From: a virus
Taxonomy: Duplodnaviria; Caudoviricetes
Reading direction: 5' to 3' (one strand)
Virus record (IMG/VR): IMGVR_UViG_3300035130_000336
Location: 1-64,000 of that record
DNA: 64,000 nucleotides
A model generated the notes under the pieces. That model had not been told where the DNA came from. It did not search any database and saw only the letters and a program-made list of their open reading frames with translations. The translations under genes were made by a program, and so were the position numbers. Shown one piece after another: positions 18,006-28,330 of this stretch (position 1 is its first letter; each line of letters starts with the position of its first letter).

Positions 18006-18842
18006 ATGCAAATAAATAAAATGGGAATAGATATTGTTCATGGGTGCCAACTTCGATGTATTGGTTGTCCGAATTCAACATTGAAACCAAGGATAATTTA
18101 TTGCGATACTGATATTTTAGATGCATGTTTGCATAATCTTGATGTAAAAAAGATACGTAAATTAAGACTGTATAATTACGGAGAACCACTATTGCATCCG
18201 CATCTTGATAAAATACTCTTAATTATTTCACGACAATCATTTAAAATAAACAATGTGGAGATAACGACAAATGCACAATATTGGAATGAAGAGGTTTTTA
18301 CAAAGGCTTTTAGCCTTGGAGTAGTAACGCAATTATATGTATCTTGTGATGGGAATGCCACTTCTGATGATTATGAACGTTTGCGTCCTCCCGCTAAATG
18401 GGATAAGTTGATTGCTTTTATGAAAAACATGAGACGGCTTCGTGATACGGTTTGTCCTGATATGTTTCTTGGTACACGAACGATATGTACCGATAAAAAA
18501 GATCGGGATAGATGGAAAAAGTTATTAAAACAATTAGGTTATAAACCTGAATTTAGACCATGGGGTACAAGAGCCGATGCGCTAGAAAAACCATGGGGAA
18601 AAGTAAGAATACCAAGAGGAATATGTCGTTATCTCACAAAGGCCAAAGGTTTACGGTTATATGTCGATTATGACGGTACGGTTGTTCCTTGTTGCGTTCA
18701 TCCTCGTGCCGGAGTATTGGGAAATCTTGTCAAAAGCAAATACAGCGATATATTGAAATCTGATTTAAGAAATGAATTCATAAAAGTTATAAAAAAAAAT
18801 AGGGCGTTAATACCTGCCTGTATAGAGTGTCAGGAGAAATAA
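18006..18842 (+). CDS. radical SAM protein with SPASM/twitch domain
   Basis: CQLRCIGC (CxxxCxxC), GEPLLHP, TTN; C-terminal C...DGTVVPCC...GN...CIEC. Confidence 0.9.
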   Translation: MQINKMGIDIVHGCQLRCIGCPNSTLKPRIIYCDTDILDACLHNLDVKKIRKLRLYNYGEPLLHPHLDKILLIISRQSFKINNVEITTNAQYWNEEVFTKAFSLGVVTQLYVSCDGNATSDDYERLRPPAKWDKLIAFMKNMRRLRDTVCPDMFLGTRTICTDKKDRDRWKKLLKQLGYKPEFRPWGTRADALEKPWGKVRIPRGICRYLTKAKGLRLYVDYDGTVVPCCVHPRAGVLGNLVKSKYSDILKSDLRNEFIKVIKKNRALIPACIECQEK

Positions 18843-18843
18843 T

Positions 18844-19752
18844 ATGCTTGTGGCCGGAGTACAGACAGGACAAATGAGGGGAGCCTCTGCAAGGATAAGA
18901 TACTACACGTTTATGAAATATCTTAAATGTGACAAAACTGATAATTTGGAAGAAGCTGATGTTGTTTATTTTCAAAAAAAATCTTCCAAAGATATTATTA
19001 AATTAGCGTGGGAATTAAAACATAAAGGGAAAAAAATAGTTTACGATTGTGATGATGGGGATGGGAAAAGGGACAGAAAAAATAGAAACGATTCTGCAAT
19101 GTTTGAAGTTGCTGATGTTATTACAACCGATACTGAAGAAAGGGCGAAAGAATTTAGAAAAAAAACCGACACAATAGTTTGTGTAGTTCCGGATTGTATT
19201 GATTATAATATAGATAGAAATGAACATAAAATAATACATCCGGAAATTATAACAATAGGAACATTTGGAACACACAAAGTTCTTGAATCAACATTTAATA
19301 AAATCAAACTACTACCTAAATTTAAAAATCAATATTACATTACTGATAGAAAAATATCAAGCTATAACAAACATGGATGGAAATTGATATTGTGGAATGT
19401 TGATACGTTTATAAAAAATATAAAGAAGTTTGATTTATGCGTATTGCTGCATTCTGAAAACAAACTTGGAGAACTTAAATCAAATAACAGGTTACTTGTA
19501 TGTATGGCCCTTGGATTACCCACAATAGTTTCAAATACATGTGCATATGCGGAAACTATGTTTTTTGCCGGTCTTGATCACTGTATTATATCAGGAAAAG
19601 CAAAAAAAACAATTTCAATGTTGTTAAAATATAAAACAAGGATAATCTGTTCCGATAAAATGCATAATTATGTTTGGAGCGTTTATTCTCCGGAAAGATC
19701 TGCTGAACGATTGGAGTTTATATTTAGGAGATTATATGATTCAAGTCTTTAA
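18844..19752 (+). CDS. GT-B glycosyltransferase-like protein
   Basis: ASARIR, VYDCDD and KSNNRLLVCMALGLPTIVS motifs. Confidence 0.75.
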   Translation: MLVAGVQTGQMRGASARIRYYTFMKYLKCDKTDNLEEADVVYFQKKSSKDIIKLAWELKHKGKKIVYDCDDGDGKRDRKNRNDSAMFEVADVITTDTEERAKEFRKKTDTIVCVVPDCIDYNIDRNEHKIIHPEIITIGTFGTHKVLESTFNKIKLLPKFKNQYYITDRKISSYNKHGWKLILWNVDTFIKNIKKFDLCVLLHSENKLGELKSNNRLLVCMALGLPTIVSNTCAYAETMFFAGLDHCIISGKAKKTISMLLKYKTRIICSDKMHNYVWSVYSPERSAERLEFIFRRLYDSSL

Positions 19753-20854
19753 GCCATTGTTAAGAGTAGAAGAAATAATGCCTGAAATAGAAAAGGCGTT
19801 AAAAAGTGGATGGATAGGATTAGGACCGAAAGTATCTGAATTTGAAGAGAGAATCGTTCAATTTATATCAGGGAGAACAAATCCGGATTTGTATTGTTGT
19901 GCATTGAATAGTTGCACTTCCGCGCTTCATTTGGCGGTTAAATTTCTCAATCTTCCTGAGAAATCAATGATTATAACGACTCCGATAACTTTTGTTTCTA
20001 CTAATCATGCAATATTATATGAGAATCATATTCCTGTTTTTTGTGATGTTGAACCAAAGACGGGAAATATAAATGTTGACAGTATTTCAAAAGCAATAAA
20101 AGAATATAAAATAAGTGCGATTATGGTTGTTCATATTGGCGGTTATCCGTGTGAAATGGAAAAAATAAATGAAATAGCGAAAAATGCGGATATACCGATT
20201 ATAGAAGATTGCGCTCATGCATTCGGATCTTGTTATGATCCATGGACGTATGTAGGTAATTCAAATAATATATGTTGTTTTTCTTTTCATGCTGTAAAGA
20301 ATCTTCCTGTCGGAGATGGAGGAGCGATAGTATCAAAAAATAAAGAATTAATAAATTGGTGCAAAAAACAGCGTTGGCTTGGGATAGATAAAGATACGAT
20401 AAGCAGAAGCAAAGATGGCTATTCTTGGGAATATGAAGTTGAAAATATGGGATATAAATATCATATGTCGGATATTGCAGCTATTATAGGAATAGAACAG
20501 CTGAAATTGCTTGATGAAGATAATGTATGGAGGAGTTATATCGTATCATTATATAATTTTTACATGTCTGAATTTATTGGCAGACCGGCATATTGTCGTA
20601 ACAAGCAAAGCAGTTATCATTTTTACCCGATGTTTTTTAAAAACAGAGATGAAGTATATAAAAGATACGTTGAAAACGGTGTTTATTGCGGTATGCATTA
20701 TAAAATGAATACTAATTATAAACCGTATAAAAATTTTCCTAAAATGGATTTGTCCGGCGCAAAAGAGTATGAAAGTACGGAATTGACATTACCTTTGCAT
20801 TTGGGGCTTACTGAAAAAGATGTAAAATTTATTGCCGATATAATGATTTTATGA
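19736..20854 (+). CDS. DegT/DnrJ/EryC1/StrS PLP-dependent sugar aminotransferase
   Basis: NSCTSALHL, IIEDCAHAFG, FSFHAVKNL and GDGG motifs. Confidence 0.95.
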   Translation: MIQVFKPLLRVEEIMPEIEKALKSGWIGLGPKVSEFEERIVQFISGRTNPDLYCCALNSCTSALHLAVKFLNLPEKSMIITTPITFVSTNHAILYENHIPVFCDVEPKTGNINVDSISKAIKEYKISAIMVVHIGGYPCEMEKINEIAKNADIPIIEDCAHAFGSCYDPWTYVGNSNNICCFSFHAVKNLPVGDGGAIVSKNKELINWCKKQRWLGIDKDTISRSKDGYSWEYEVENMGYKYHMSDIAAIIGIEQLKLLDEDNVWRSYIVSLYNFYMSEFIGRPAYCRNKQSSYHFYPMFFKNRDEVYKRYVENGVYCGMHYKMNTNYKPYKNFPKMDLSGAKEYESTELTLPLHLGLTEKDVKFIADIMIL

Positions 20855-21780
20855 AACTTGCCATACGATACGAAAAAAATTCAACCGGCAAAAGCAAATT
20901 CATACAACGGCTTATTCCGGCATTGCAAAGACTTGGAATAGAGATCGTGAAAACACGACCTGATATTACTCTCGGGTTGCAATACTGGAAAGATAAACCT
21001 CATGGTAAAGCTATTATACGGGTTGATGGTATTCATATTGAAAAAGATGAAAAATATAGTTGGCGTAGGCATCTGATTAAAGACGCCATTAAGAAATCCG
21101 ATGGCGTAATATTTCAGTCAAAATTCGCTTATGATATATTGACGCAAATATTGAATGTACACGGTAAAAAGGAATTTATTATATATAATGGCGCTTCACC
21201 GGATGATTATAAAGTTAAACCCATAAAATCACCGTATGAAAAGAATATTATTATATCCGGACGTTATGCTACGGATAAGGTAAGACCGCATAAACGTATA
21301 AAAGAAATGGTTGAAATAGCGAAAAGTTATGTCAAAAAACATGATAATGTCCGTTTCTGGTTTCTTGGAAAGACAATGGGAGAACATTCAGAAAATTTAC
21401 AAATAAAATATACCGGTGATTTGGATGAGAAAAAAATAAAACGGTATCTTGTAATGGCTGATGTTATGTTGAGTATAGGTTATTGGGATTGGTGTCCGAA
21501 CAGCGTGGTTGAAGCTCTTGTCGCGGGATGTCCGGTAATATGCGGCAATCATGGAGGAGTACCGGAAATAGTTAAAGATTGCGGGATGATATTGTCGATA
21601 GATTCGGTGCCGTTAAAACCGAAATTGCAGAAAAATAAACCTCCAGAAATAAGAACCGATCTTGTGATAGAAGCATTGGATTTAATTTTTAATTCACCAA
21701 TGAAACCGGTTAACGCGGAACATCTTTATATAGATCGCATAGCGCAACAATATAAAACCGCTTTTGAGGATATTCTGTAA
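20851..21780 (+). CDS. GT4 glycosyltransferase (paralog of 15472-16431)
   Basis: TGKSKF, IIYNGA and DWCPNSVVEALVAGCPVIC motifs. Confidence 0.85.
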   Translation: MKLAIRYEKNSTGKSKFIQRLIPALQRLGIEIVKTRPDITLGLQYWKDKPHGKAIIRVDGIHIEKDEKYSWRRHLIKDAIKKSDGVIFQSKFAYDILTQILNVHGKKEFIIYNGASPDDYKVKPIKSPYEKNIIISGRYATDKVRPHKRIKEMVEIAKSYVKKHDNVRFWFLGKTMGEHSENLQIKYTGDLDEKKIKRYLVMADVMLSIGYWDWCPNSVVEALVAGCPVICGNHGGVPEIVKDCGMILSIDSVPLKPKLQKNKPPEIRTDLVIEALDLIFNSPMKPVNAEHLYIDRIAQQYKTAFEDIL

Positions 21781-22367
21781 TGACCATTATAATGCCTAAA
21801 AAGATATTATGGAAGGATACCGACATATCCAGTATTCAGCAGTTTATTAAAAAAAAACAAGGTGCCGCCGATAATGAAATAAGAAAGAAGAATTGCAGAA
21901 CCAGAATAATCAGAACTTATTTGAAATCGCTTGTTGATAAAGAAAAAATAACATGTAACTTCAGGCTTGTCGATTTGTTTTGCGGTGATGCCATTATAAT
22001 TACTTATTTGAAAAAATATTTTAAAACGGCTGAAATAATCGGAGTTGATATAAACAGATTTGATACTCATGAGGAAGCTAAAAAATCAGGTGTTGAAATC
22101 AAATATAAATATGTGCAGAAATATATTAAAACAAGACGTGAAAAAATAGACGTTTTATTGATGTTAAATACATATAGAAATTATTCTTTATCAGGAATGA
22201 CAAAACGTGAATTTGACAAAATAAATAAATGGATGTTAAAAACTTGCAGACATGCAATTATAACCGCAAAAAATATAAAGCGAATTAAAAAATATGGATT
22301 TAAACCCTTAATAATAGGTAAAGGTGAAGGAAATTCAATGATGATTGATTTAAAAGGCGTTGAGTAA
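21780..22367 (+). CDS. class I SAM-dependent methyltransferase-like protein
   Basis: LVDLFCGDA and IIGVDI motifs. Confidence 0.6.
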   Translation: MTIIMPKKILWKDTDISSIQQFIKKKQGAADNEIRKKNCRTRIIRTYLKSLVDKEKITCNFRLVDLFCGDAIIITYLKKYFKTAEIIGVDINRFDTHEEAKKSGVEIKYKYVQKYIKTRREKIDVLLMLNTYRNYSLSGMTKREFDKINKWMLKTCRHAIITAKNIKRIKKYGFKPLIIGKGEGNSMMIDLKGVE

Positions 22368-22834
22368 TGAGTCAATCAAAAATAGAGATAATAAAAAAAT
22401 GCGTTTGTAAACAATATTATGATAACAAAAAAAATAGGCTTTCTTCGGTAAAAATGGAATTGGCGATGATTGATCGTTTTAAAAGTCGTCATGCTCCAGA
22501 AATTATAAGTCGATTTGATAACGGTTATTATATGAAACGCTATGATTATGCTCTTGGAACGACTAAAAAATTAAATCGTTTTTGTCCGAACTTTTTGGAT
22601 GAAATCAATGAAATTGAACGGGATTTAATAAATAGTAGAATTAATCATCGGGATATCAATCCCGGTAATTTACTGTATTGTGAAGACGAACATTCTTTGA
22701 TCTTGATAGATTTTTATTGGGCGATTTCATTAGAAATGTCAAAAATAAGAATCGGTAAGTTGAATAAATATTACGGAAATGATCGTGATGCGTTTGAAAG
22801 GTTAAGAAGAGAATATGGGAAAAACCATTTATAA
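22367..22834 (+). CDS. protein-kinase-like / sugar kinase
   Basis: Catalytic-loop motif HRDINPGN and LIDF. Confidence 0.75.
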   Translation: MSQSKIEIIKKCVCKQYYDNKKNRLSSVKMELAMIDRFKSRHAPEIISRFDNGYYMKRYDYALGTTKKLNRFCPNFLDEINEIERDLINSRINHRDINPGNLLYCEDEHSLILIDFYWAISLEMSKIRIGKLNKYYGNDRDAFERLRREYGKNHL

Positions 22835-23732
22835 TTTGGCAAAAGCCCAAATTGATAATTACTGCATATTTCCTGAAAGGCTTACTATAGAAAAAGATGA
22901 TGAATATCATTTGCATTATCGAAGTCTTCGTATAGCATTTACCATGCAAGAATATAAAGATTTTCTCAGTTTAATGAGATACAATCCAGAAGATAAAAAG
23001 AGTATTTTCTTGAAGAAAGTGATAACTTCTAAAGACGATGTGATAAATAAAAATGATCTTGTGATTGAATACAATAAAAATACTTACATAAAGCACCGCA
23101 ACGATTCGGCAAAGGAAGCGGATTTTTTTGAAGAGAAATATTATATCCACGTTCATTACCGCAATATTAGGCTTGAGTTTCCGATAAAAGAGTTTGTTCA
23201 AGTCGCACAAACATTTGAAACAGCACGAAAGTCGTTACCGATAAAAACCATTCAAGATATGTTTTCAGTTATTGATGATGTTTCATATGTTGTAATAAGA
23301 AATTTTGATAATTTGCCTGATTCCATAAAATTCGGGCAGCATAGCGATCTTGATTTGCTTTTTGCATCAAAAGCCGATGTTGACAAATTTATTAAACTCA
23401 CGCATGCCGAAAAAACATTTAAAGAAGAATATCGTGTACAGCATAAAGTAACTATTGGTAACGATTATATTCTTTGTGATTTGAGAGTGATAGGGGATGA
23501 TTATTTTCCATTATCCTTATGCGTTGATATGATAAACAACAGAATTCGGTGTAAATGTTTTTGGGTTTCTTCAGAACCTTGGCATTCAATAGCTTTGACA
23601 TATCATGCCTATATTCACAAAAAAAACATGACTGATGATTATCGAAAAAGGATAATATGCTCAAAAAATGATATACGAACAATGTTTGAAACAACTAAAC
23701 CTAAAGACAGATCGGTTTATTATAATCCATGA
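22815..23732 (+). CDS. nucleotidyltransferase-like protein with N-terminal repeat
   Basis: YVVIRNF..LP...SDLDLL; two copies of Y.H.HYR..R..F...E. Confidence 0.6.
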   Translation: MGKTIYNLAKAQIDNYCIFPERLTIEKDDEYHLHYRSLRIAFTMQEYKDFLSLMRYNPEDKKSIFLKKVITSKDDVINKNDLVIEYNKNTYIKHRNDSAKEADFFEEKYYIHVHYRNIRLEFPIKEFVQVAQTFETARKSLPIKTIQDMFSVIDDVSYVVIRNFDNLPDSIKFGQHSDLDLLFASKADVDKFIKLTHAEKTFKEEYRVQHKVTIGNDYILCDLRVIGDDYFPLSLCVDMINNRIRCKCFWVSSEPWHSIALTYHAYIHKKNMTDDYRKRIICSKNDIRTMFETTKPKDRSVYYNP

Positions 23733-24337
23733 TAACCAAAAAAGAGTATAAAAAAATATCTTCCAGATGGACCGGAAAAATATATCAGAAATGGAAGAAA
23801 ATAAAAAAGAGGTTTCCCATGATAGAACAACATATTGAATTTTTTAAAGACGCAAAAGTTCTTGAACTTGGAGCGAACGCGGGAATGTATGCTTTTCTTT
23901 TATACCATTATATAAAAAAATATATCGGCATTGAATTTGATGAACATTATTACAATCAATCGCTTCATACGCTCAAAGGGAAAATGGATGTTACCCTGAT
24001 AAAAGATAAATTTGAAAACATCGATATCGAGGTATTGGATTATGATTTGTTTTTTGTCTGTTATGTGCTTCACCATTTAAATGAAAAGGAAATTAACAAG
24101 CTCAATGTAATATTTGATAAATGCAATAAAGTCGCGATCAGTACGAGAAGCGGCGATCCGCTTAAATACGGTCATGATGAAATCGGATTCGATCCTCTGC
24201 CGAAATGGGAGAACAGCAGAATAAAGAAAATGCTAGATGAACACGGCTTTAAGAGCGAATTGCATCTTATGGGAAAACATGATTATAACGGTATTTATTT
24301 GATATTGGCGGAGAAAAATGATAACAATCAAGGGTAA
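23729..24337 (+). CDS. class I SAM-dependent methyltransferase
   Basis: VLELGANAG and YVLHHL motifs. Confidence 0.8.
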   Translation: MITKKEYKKISSRWTGKIYQKWKKIKKRFPMIEQHIEFFKDAKVLELGANAGMYAFLLYHYIKKYIGIEFDEHYYNQSLHTLKGKMDVTLIKDKFENIDIEVLDYDLFFVCYVLHHLNEKEINKLNVIFDKCNKVAISTRSGDPLKYGHDEIGFDPLPKWENSRIKKMLDEHGFKSELHLMGKHDYNGIYLILAEKNDNNQG

Positions 24338-24911
24338 AGCGAAAAAAATTCCAAAAAAGAAATATAAATGTCCGAATGACGGTATTCACCGGAAAAAGGA
24401 GAGCGGAGGAATTCGCGGGTTTTGGGCGGCGAAGATTTCCGATACATACATATATTATGGCAATTGGTCTTATTATATAAAACATATGGATTTCGGATTG
24501 AAGGTTTTTTATTCATTGAAATTCAATAAACCGACGAAAACAATCAAGGATGTCAAATCAACGGTGAACATGATGGTTGATTTGAAAGAATTCTGTCCAA
24601 AAATTTATTGTTACGATATAATAGAAACCGATATCAAATTCGATAAAAGAGTATGTCGTTCGGCTTCTCACGCCGTCTATATGCAACATATACATTTTTC
24701 CGAAAAAGCTTGGTTGAATTTCGCCAAAGGGAAACCGTATGATTGGAGTGCCGACAATCATCCGGCGCATTCGGAAGTGGGATTTATTGAATTTCGGAAT
24801 CGGCTTGAAGATGTCGTTAAAGATATTAATTATGATTTCGATCATTTTTCAATAGGTAATATTGTATGGTGTACAGTTAATAAACGCTGGTATTTGGTGG
24901 ATGTAAGATGA
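24318..24911 (+). CDS. kinase-like protein (paralog of 14735-15334)
   Basis: GLKVFYSL, PYDWSADNHPAHS and GNIVW...WYLVD motifs. Confidence 0.6.
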   Translation: MITIKGKAKKIPKKKYKCPNDGIHRKKESGGIRGFWAAKISDTYIYYGNWSYYIKHMDFGLKVFYSLKFNKPTKTIKDVKSTVNMMVDLKEFCPKIYCYDIIETDIKFDKRVCRSASHAVYMQHIHFSEKAWLNFAKGKPYDWSADNHPAHSEVGFIEFRNRLEDVVKDINYDFDHFSIGNIVWCTVNKRWYLVDVR

Positions 24912-25537
24912 TTGTCGGTTTAATGGCATTGTGCAGATTTCCGTATTATGAGGGATGTTTATTATCGTTATGCAATCTCGTGGATAAAGTATATCTGCGA
25001 TTTGATGGGATAACCGGTAATGAAAAAATACGTGAAGTCGCTCCGTATATATGTGGAAATAAATTCGGCGAAATGTTGGTAAGTTCTACTGTCTGGAATG
25101 CTTTTATATGGCGTGAAGAACTGTTGAGAATGCTTGATGATGTCAAACCGGAACTTGTTTTATTTCCCGATGAGGATGAAGTTTTCGGTCTTGGAATAGA
25201 TGATGATTTAAAAAGATTTATAAAAAGTGATAAACAACAGCTTGCATTTAATTATCAATATCCGGCACCGACGATAGATGGTTGGAAGCATAAAAAGCCT
25301 TATCCTTCAGAACCCCACATCAAGGCATATAAATGGAAGCCGGGATTGACATATATTCCATACAAAAAAAGAGCTAGTCTAAGTAATTATGGAAAATTTC
25401 ACTATAAAATGGCGAAAAGTAAAATACTTCATTATTGTTTTTATACTCCGGAATTAAGAAAAAGAAAACTTTGGACTACACCAGCTAAAAAGTTATGGTT
25501 TCGACAAGAAATGAAAGGGAGAAATGATGAAAAATAA
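24908..25537 (+). CDS. GT-A glycosyltransferase-like protein
   Basis: VLFPDEDE and ILHY motifs. Confidence 0.65.
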   Translation: MIVGLMALCRFPYYEGCLLSLCNLVDKVYLRFDGITGNEKIREVAPYICGNKFGEMLVSSTVWNAFIWREELLRMLDDVKPELVLFPDEDEVFGLGIDDDLKRFIKSDKQQLAFNYQYPAPTIDGWKHKKPYPSEPHIKAYKWKPGLTYIPYKKRASLSNYGKFHYKMAKSKILHYCFYTPELRKRKLWTTPAKKLWFRQEMKGRNDEK

Positions 25538-25664
25538 GGGTAATTATTCGGGAAAAGGTGGTCGTGGTATTTGTGGAGGACAGCGAAGAAAAGATGGTTC
25601 AGGCGGTGGTGTCGGGAATCGTGGTACAAATAGACAGCCGATTAGTAGGAATAATAAAAAATGA
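25524..25664 (+). CDS. small Gly/Arg/Lys-rich peptide, 46 aa
   Basis: Manually translated MMKNKGNYSGKGGRGICGGQRRKDGSGGGVGNRG...; GGGAG RBS; ATGA overlap with the next gene. Confidence 0.55.
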   Translation: MMKNKGNYSGKGGRGICGGQRRKDGSGGGVGNRGTNRQPISRNNKK

Positions 25665-26599
25665 ACTGGCTTTTTCTTCGTGGACGGATGGAACGGCATT
25701 CGGAATGTTTATGGCGAAATCTTGATGAATGTACCGATATGTGGACGCATCTGTTCGCGGGTATGATTGATGAAAATAATTCAGGAGTTATCTTATACGG
25801 TAACGGTCATAGAACCGTTAAATATTCTGATAAATTATGTGAAAAGTGGATTTTAAAATTCAAGGAATATGAAGGAGAGAAACCTGATATCATCATAGCT
25901 CGTGGTGGATTTAAAGACTATGTTCCGTTGTTGAAAAAATATCCTGAAGCGAAAAAAGTTTATTATGGTGCCAATCATGGCTGTATTCCAAAAGATGGAA
26001 TAAAATATGATTTGATTATGTGCGATAGTGAAGAACAGGTAAAGAAATGCCGTAAGCATGGATTGAACGGACAACTATTTATTAAACCCGCCGCGCCGCA
26101 ATTTTATCCTCGATTTTTTAAAAAAAAATATGATGTCGGATTTTCAGCCATATGGCCGAAGGATAAAAGAAAGAATGTGGCTTGGGTGCATAAAACCGCT
26201 CCGAAGGATTTGAATATACTTCAGATGGGACATGCATGTAAAGCACCGAAAAATATTTTGGTAAAAATGATTGATCATGATAAAATGCCGAGAGCGATAT
26301 CACGATGCAAAGTAATTATCGCTCCTTATACTGGAGAGGATTCATGTCCGAGAATAATTCCGGAAGCTCTGGCTTGCGGAGTGCATGTAGTTGCTTTGCA
26401 TGGGTGTCAGTATTGGCGTGAAAAATATCCGGTTGATTATATATCGAAAAAACATTTTTGGGAAACCGTTAAAAGATGCGTGAAGTATTATCAAAACAAT
26501 TTGCATGATGATTATAAGGAAACTCTTTCCATACCGGTAGCGGCGGATTGTTTAAGGAGATTAATATATGAAAGTTGCGATATTCAGCGGCAGGTTTGA
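25661..26599 (+). CDS. GT4/GT-B glycosyltransferase
   Basis: DSCPRIIPEALACGVHVV motif. Confidence 0.75.
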   Translation: MNWLFLRGRMERHSECLWRNLDECTDMWTHLFAGMIDENNSGVILYGNGHRTVKYSDKLCEKWILKFKEYEGEKPDIIIARGGFKDYVPLLKKYPEAKKVYYGANHGCIPKDGIKYDLIMCDSEEQVKKCRKHGLNGQLFIKPAAPQFYPRFFKKKYDVGFSAIWPKDKRKNVAWVHKTAPKDLNILQMGHACKAPKNILVKMIDHDKMPRAISRCKVIIAPYTGEDSCPRIIPEALACGVHVVALHGCQYWREKYPVDYISKKHFWETVKRCVKYYQNNLHDDYKETLSIPVAADCLRRLIYESCDIQRQV

Positions 26600-27008
26600 T
26601 CCTTTACATATAGGACATATTCTTACTATAATTGAAATAGCGAAAAAATACGATCATGTATTTGTACCAATATTAAATTATTCAAATCGATTTATTGAAG
26701 TTGAAATAATTTTGAAAATATTTAAAAGAATTTTTGAACATATGGATAATCTTTTTTTTAAAGTAACTCTTATAGTAAATGAAATACATTTTGGAAAAAT
26801 TACTTCTAAAGAATATAAAACATTAATTAGAAGTATTAATTGTGAAAATGATGATGTGACATATCTTTCCGGCAATTTCGAAGTGCTTGATCATATGAAT
26901 AAAATAGGAATAAAAAACGAATATTTTAAACGAACCATGGATGAAGTATATACGGGAACGAACATTCGTAATCAGATCAAAGATGGAGTATGTGAAGAAT
27001 TTTTATAA
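26568..27008 (+). CDS. cytidylyltransferase-family (HIGH) nucleotidyltransferase
   Basis: SGRFDPLHIGH and TGTNIR motifs. Confidence 0.85.
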   Translation: MKVAIFSGRFDPLHIGHILTIIEIAKKYDHVFVPILNYSNRFIEVEIILKIFKRIFEHMDNLFFKVTLIVNEIHFGKITSKEYKTLIRSINCENDDVTYLSGNFEVLDHMNKIGIKNEYFKRTMDEVYTGTNIRNQIKDGVCEEFL

Positions 27009-27026
27009 AATAAATTTGGAAAGAAA

Positions 27027-27734
27027 ATGCATATGAACAATCAAATCGAATCGGCGAAAAAGATACTTGATGATTTGACAACGTTGTTTGATTTTCTGGA
27101 AACAAGCGATGGTAAATCCATATGGTGGTGTCATTGTTTCGGCGGTGTTCTCGAATTCATAGCGGATAAAACTTTTTCATTGAATTATGACATCGATATC
27201 GGGGTAATGTACGGGGAATGCGATGAAAATAAATTGATATATGCACTGGAAGGACATGGATATAAAGCCGAAAAAAAATGTATAAATGATGTTAATAAAA
27301 AATCGTTTAATATTCATTTTACTCCACGTGAAGAGACGTTGAAAGGGACGCCTACCGTGGATGTCTATTTTTGGGTTCCGATAGGAGATAAATATTATCA
27401 TACGTATGATACGAAAAAAGAGGGAAACAAAATACCTTCCGAATATGTGTTCAAGGGTGTGAAAAAATGGTGGTTGAAACCTTCGCCCGAAATAATAAAA
27501 ATGGAAAAAAACAAAGGTAAACCCGGACGGGAACAAATGCTTACGGATCAAGGTACGTGGAGGTTTCCGGTTTTTGGCAGTTCCGGCGGATTGACCATGA
27601 GGCTTCCTTATGCAATAGGACATTTGCTCGATACATGGTATTCACCGACGTGGAGATTCAGAGAATATTATAAAGGACAGAGCATGAGTCCGTGGGTGAA
27701 AAAAGTAAAATCTTGCAGGGAATTGGAACAATGA
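27027..27734 (+). CDS. LicD-like nucleotidyltransferase-fold protein
   Basis: CFGGVL...DIDIG, VDVYFW and LLDTWY motifs. Confidence 0.7.
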   Translation: MHMNNQIESAKKILDDLTTLFDFLETSDGKSIWWCHCFGGVLEFIADKTFSLNYDIDIGVMYGECDENKLIYALEGHGYKAEKKCINDVNKKSFNIHFTPREETLKGTPTVDVYFWVPIGDKYYHTYDTKKEGNKIPSEYVFKGVKKWWLKPSPEIIKMEKNKGKPGREQMLTDQGTWRFPVFGSSGGLTMRLPYAIGHLLDTWYSPTWRFREYYKGQSMSPWVKKVKSCRELEQ

Positions 27735-28006
27735 ATTTATGTGAAACCAATAAAGGCGCTGCCTTATATTGGGTTGAAAGATTCGGTTATGGTAAAGACT
27801 GCCGGAAATGTGAACATTATAACGATACATGTTGTTGTGAAATAGCCGATAGAATAATCAAGAAATTGGAAGAGCATAAAGGTTTTCTTTATAATATTCG
27901 CAAAAAAAAGAAGGTATATAGAATTACAGCCCAAGAATGCGACAGGTTCGATTTATGTACTTATCCTTATTCAAACGAACTTTATTTAAAAGAAAATGAT
28001 TTATGA
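27731..28006 (+). CDS. Cys-rich hypothetical protein
   Basis: ORF from MNLCE, overlapping both neighbours (ATGA). Confidence 0.5.
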   Translation: MNLCETNKGAALYWVERFGYGKDCRKCEHYNDTCCCEIADRIIKKLEEHKGFLYNIRKKKKVYRITAQECDRFDLCTYPYSNELYLKENDL

Positions 28007-28308
28007 AGGAAAAAACAATTGAGATTTGTTTTTTTGGCACTGTTATTTTCTTAATTGTGTTACTAATTGGTGTAACAATATATGGTGGCATGAGTGTTGA
28101 GAATAAAACAATAACAGTTACCGTTAAAGAAAAAATATATCAACCTAGTACTGAAGTTTTAATATTTGGACACCATGAGGCTTACTACATTATATCTGAA
28201 GACAGTGCTGGAAATATGTATAAAACTAAGACCAATTATGCTACTTATGGTGAACTAAATCGAGGAGATGATATTTATTTGGATGTAAATGTTAGTAAAG
28301 CAAGATAA
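28003..28308 (+). CDS. membrane-anchored hypothetical protein
   Basis: N-terminal TM helix followed by a beta-rich domain. Confidence 0.6.
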   Translation: MKEKTIEICFFGTVIFLIVLLIGVTIYGGMSVENKTITVTVKEKIYQPSTEVLIFGHHEAYYIISEDSAGNMYKTKTNYATYGELNRGDDIYLDVNVSKAR

Positions 28309-28330
28309 GTAAATACAATAAAAAAGGACA

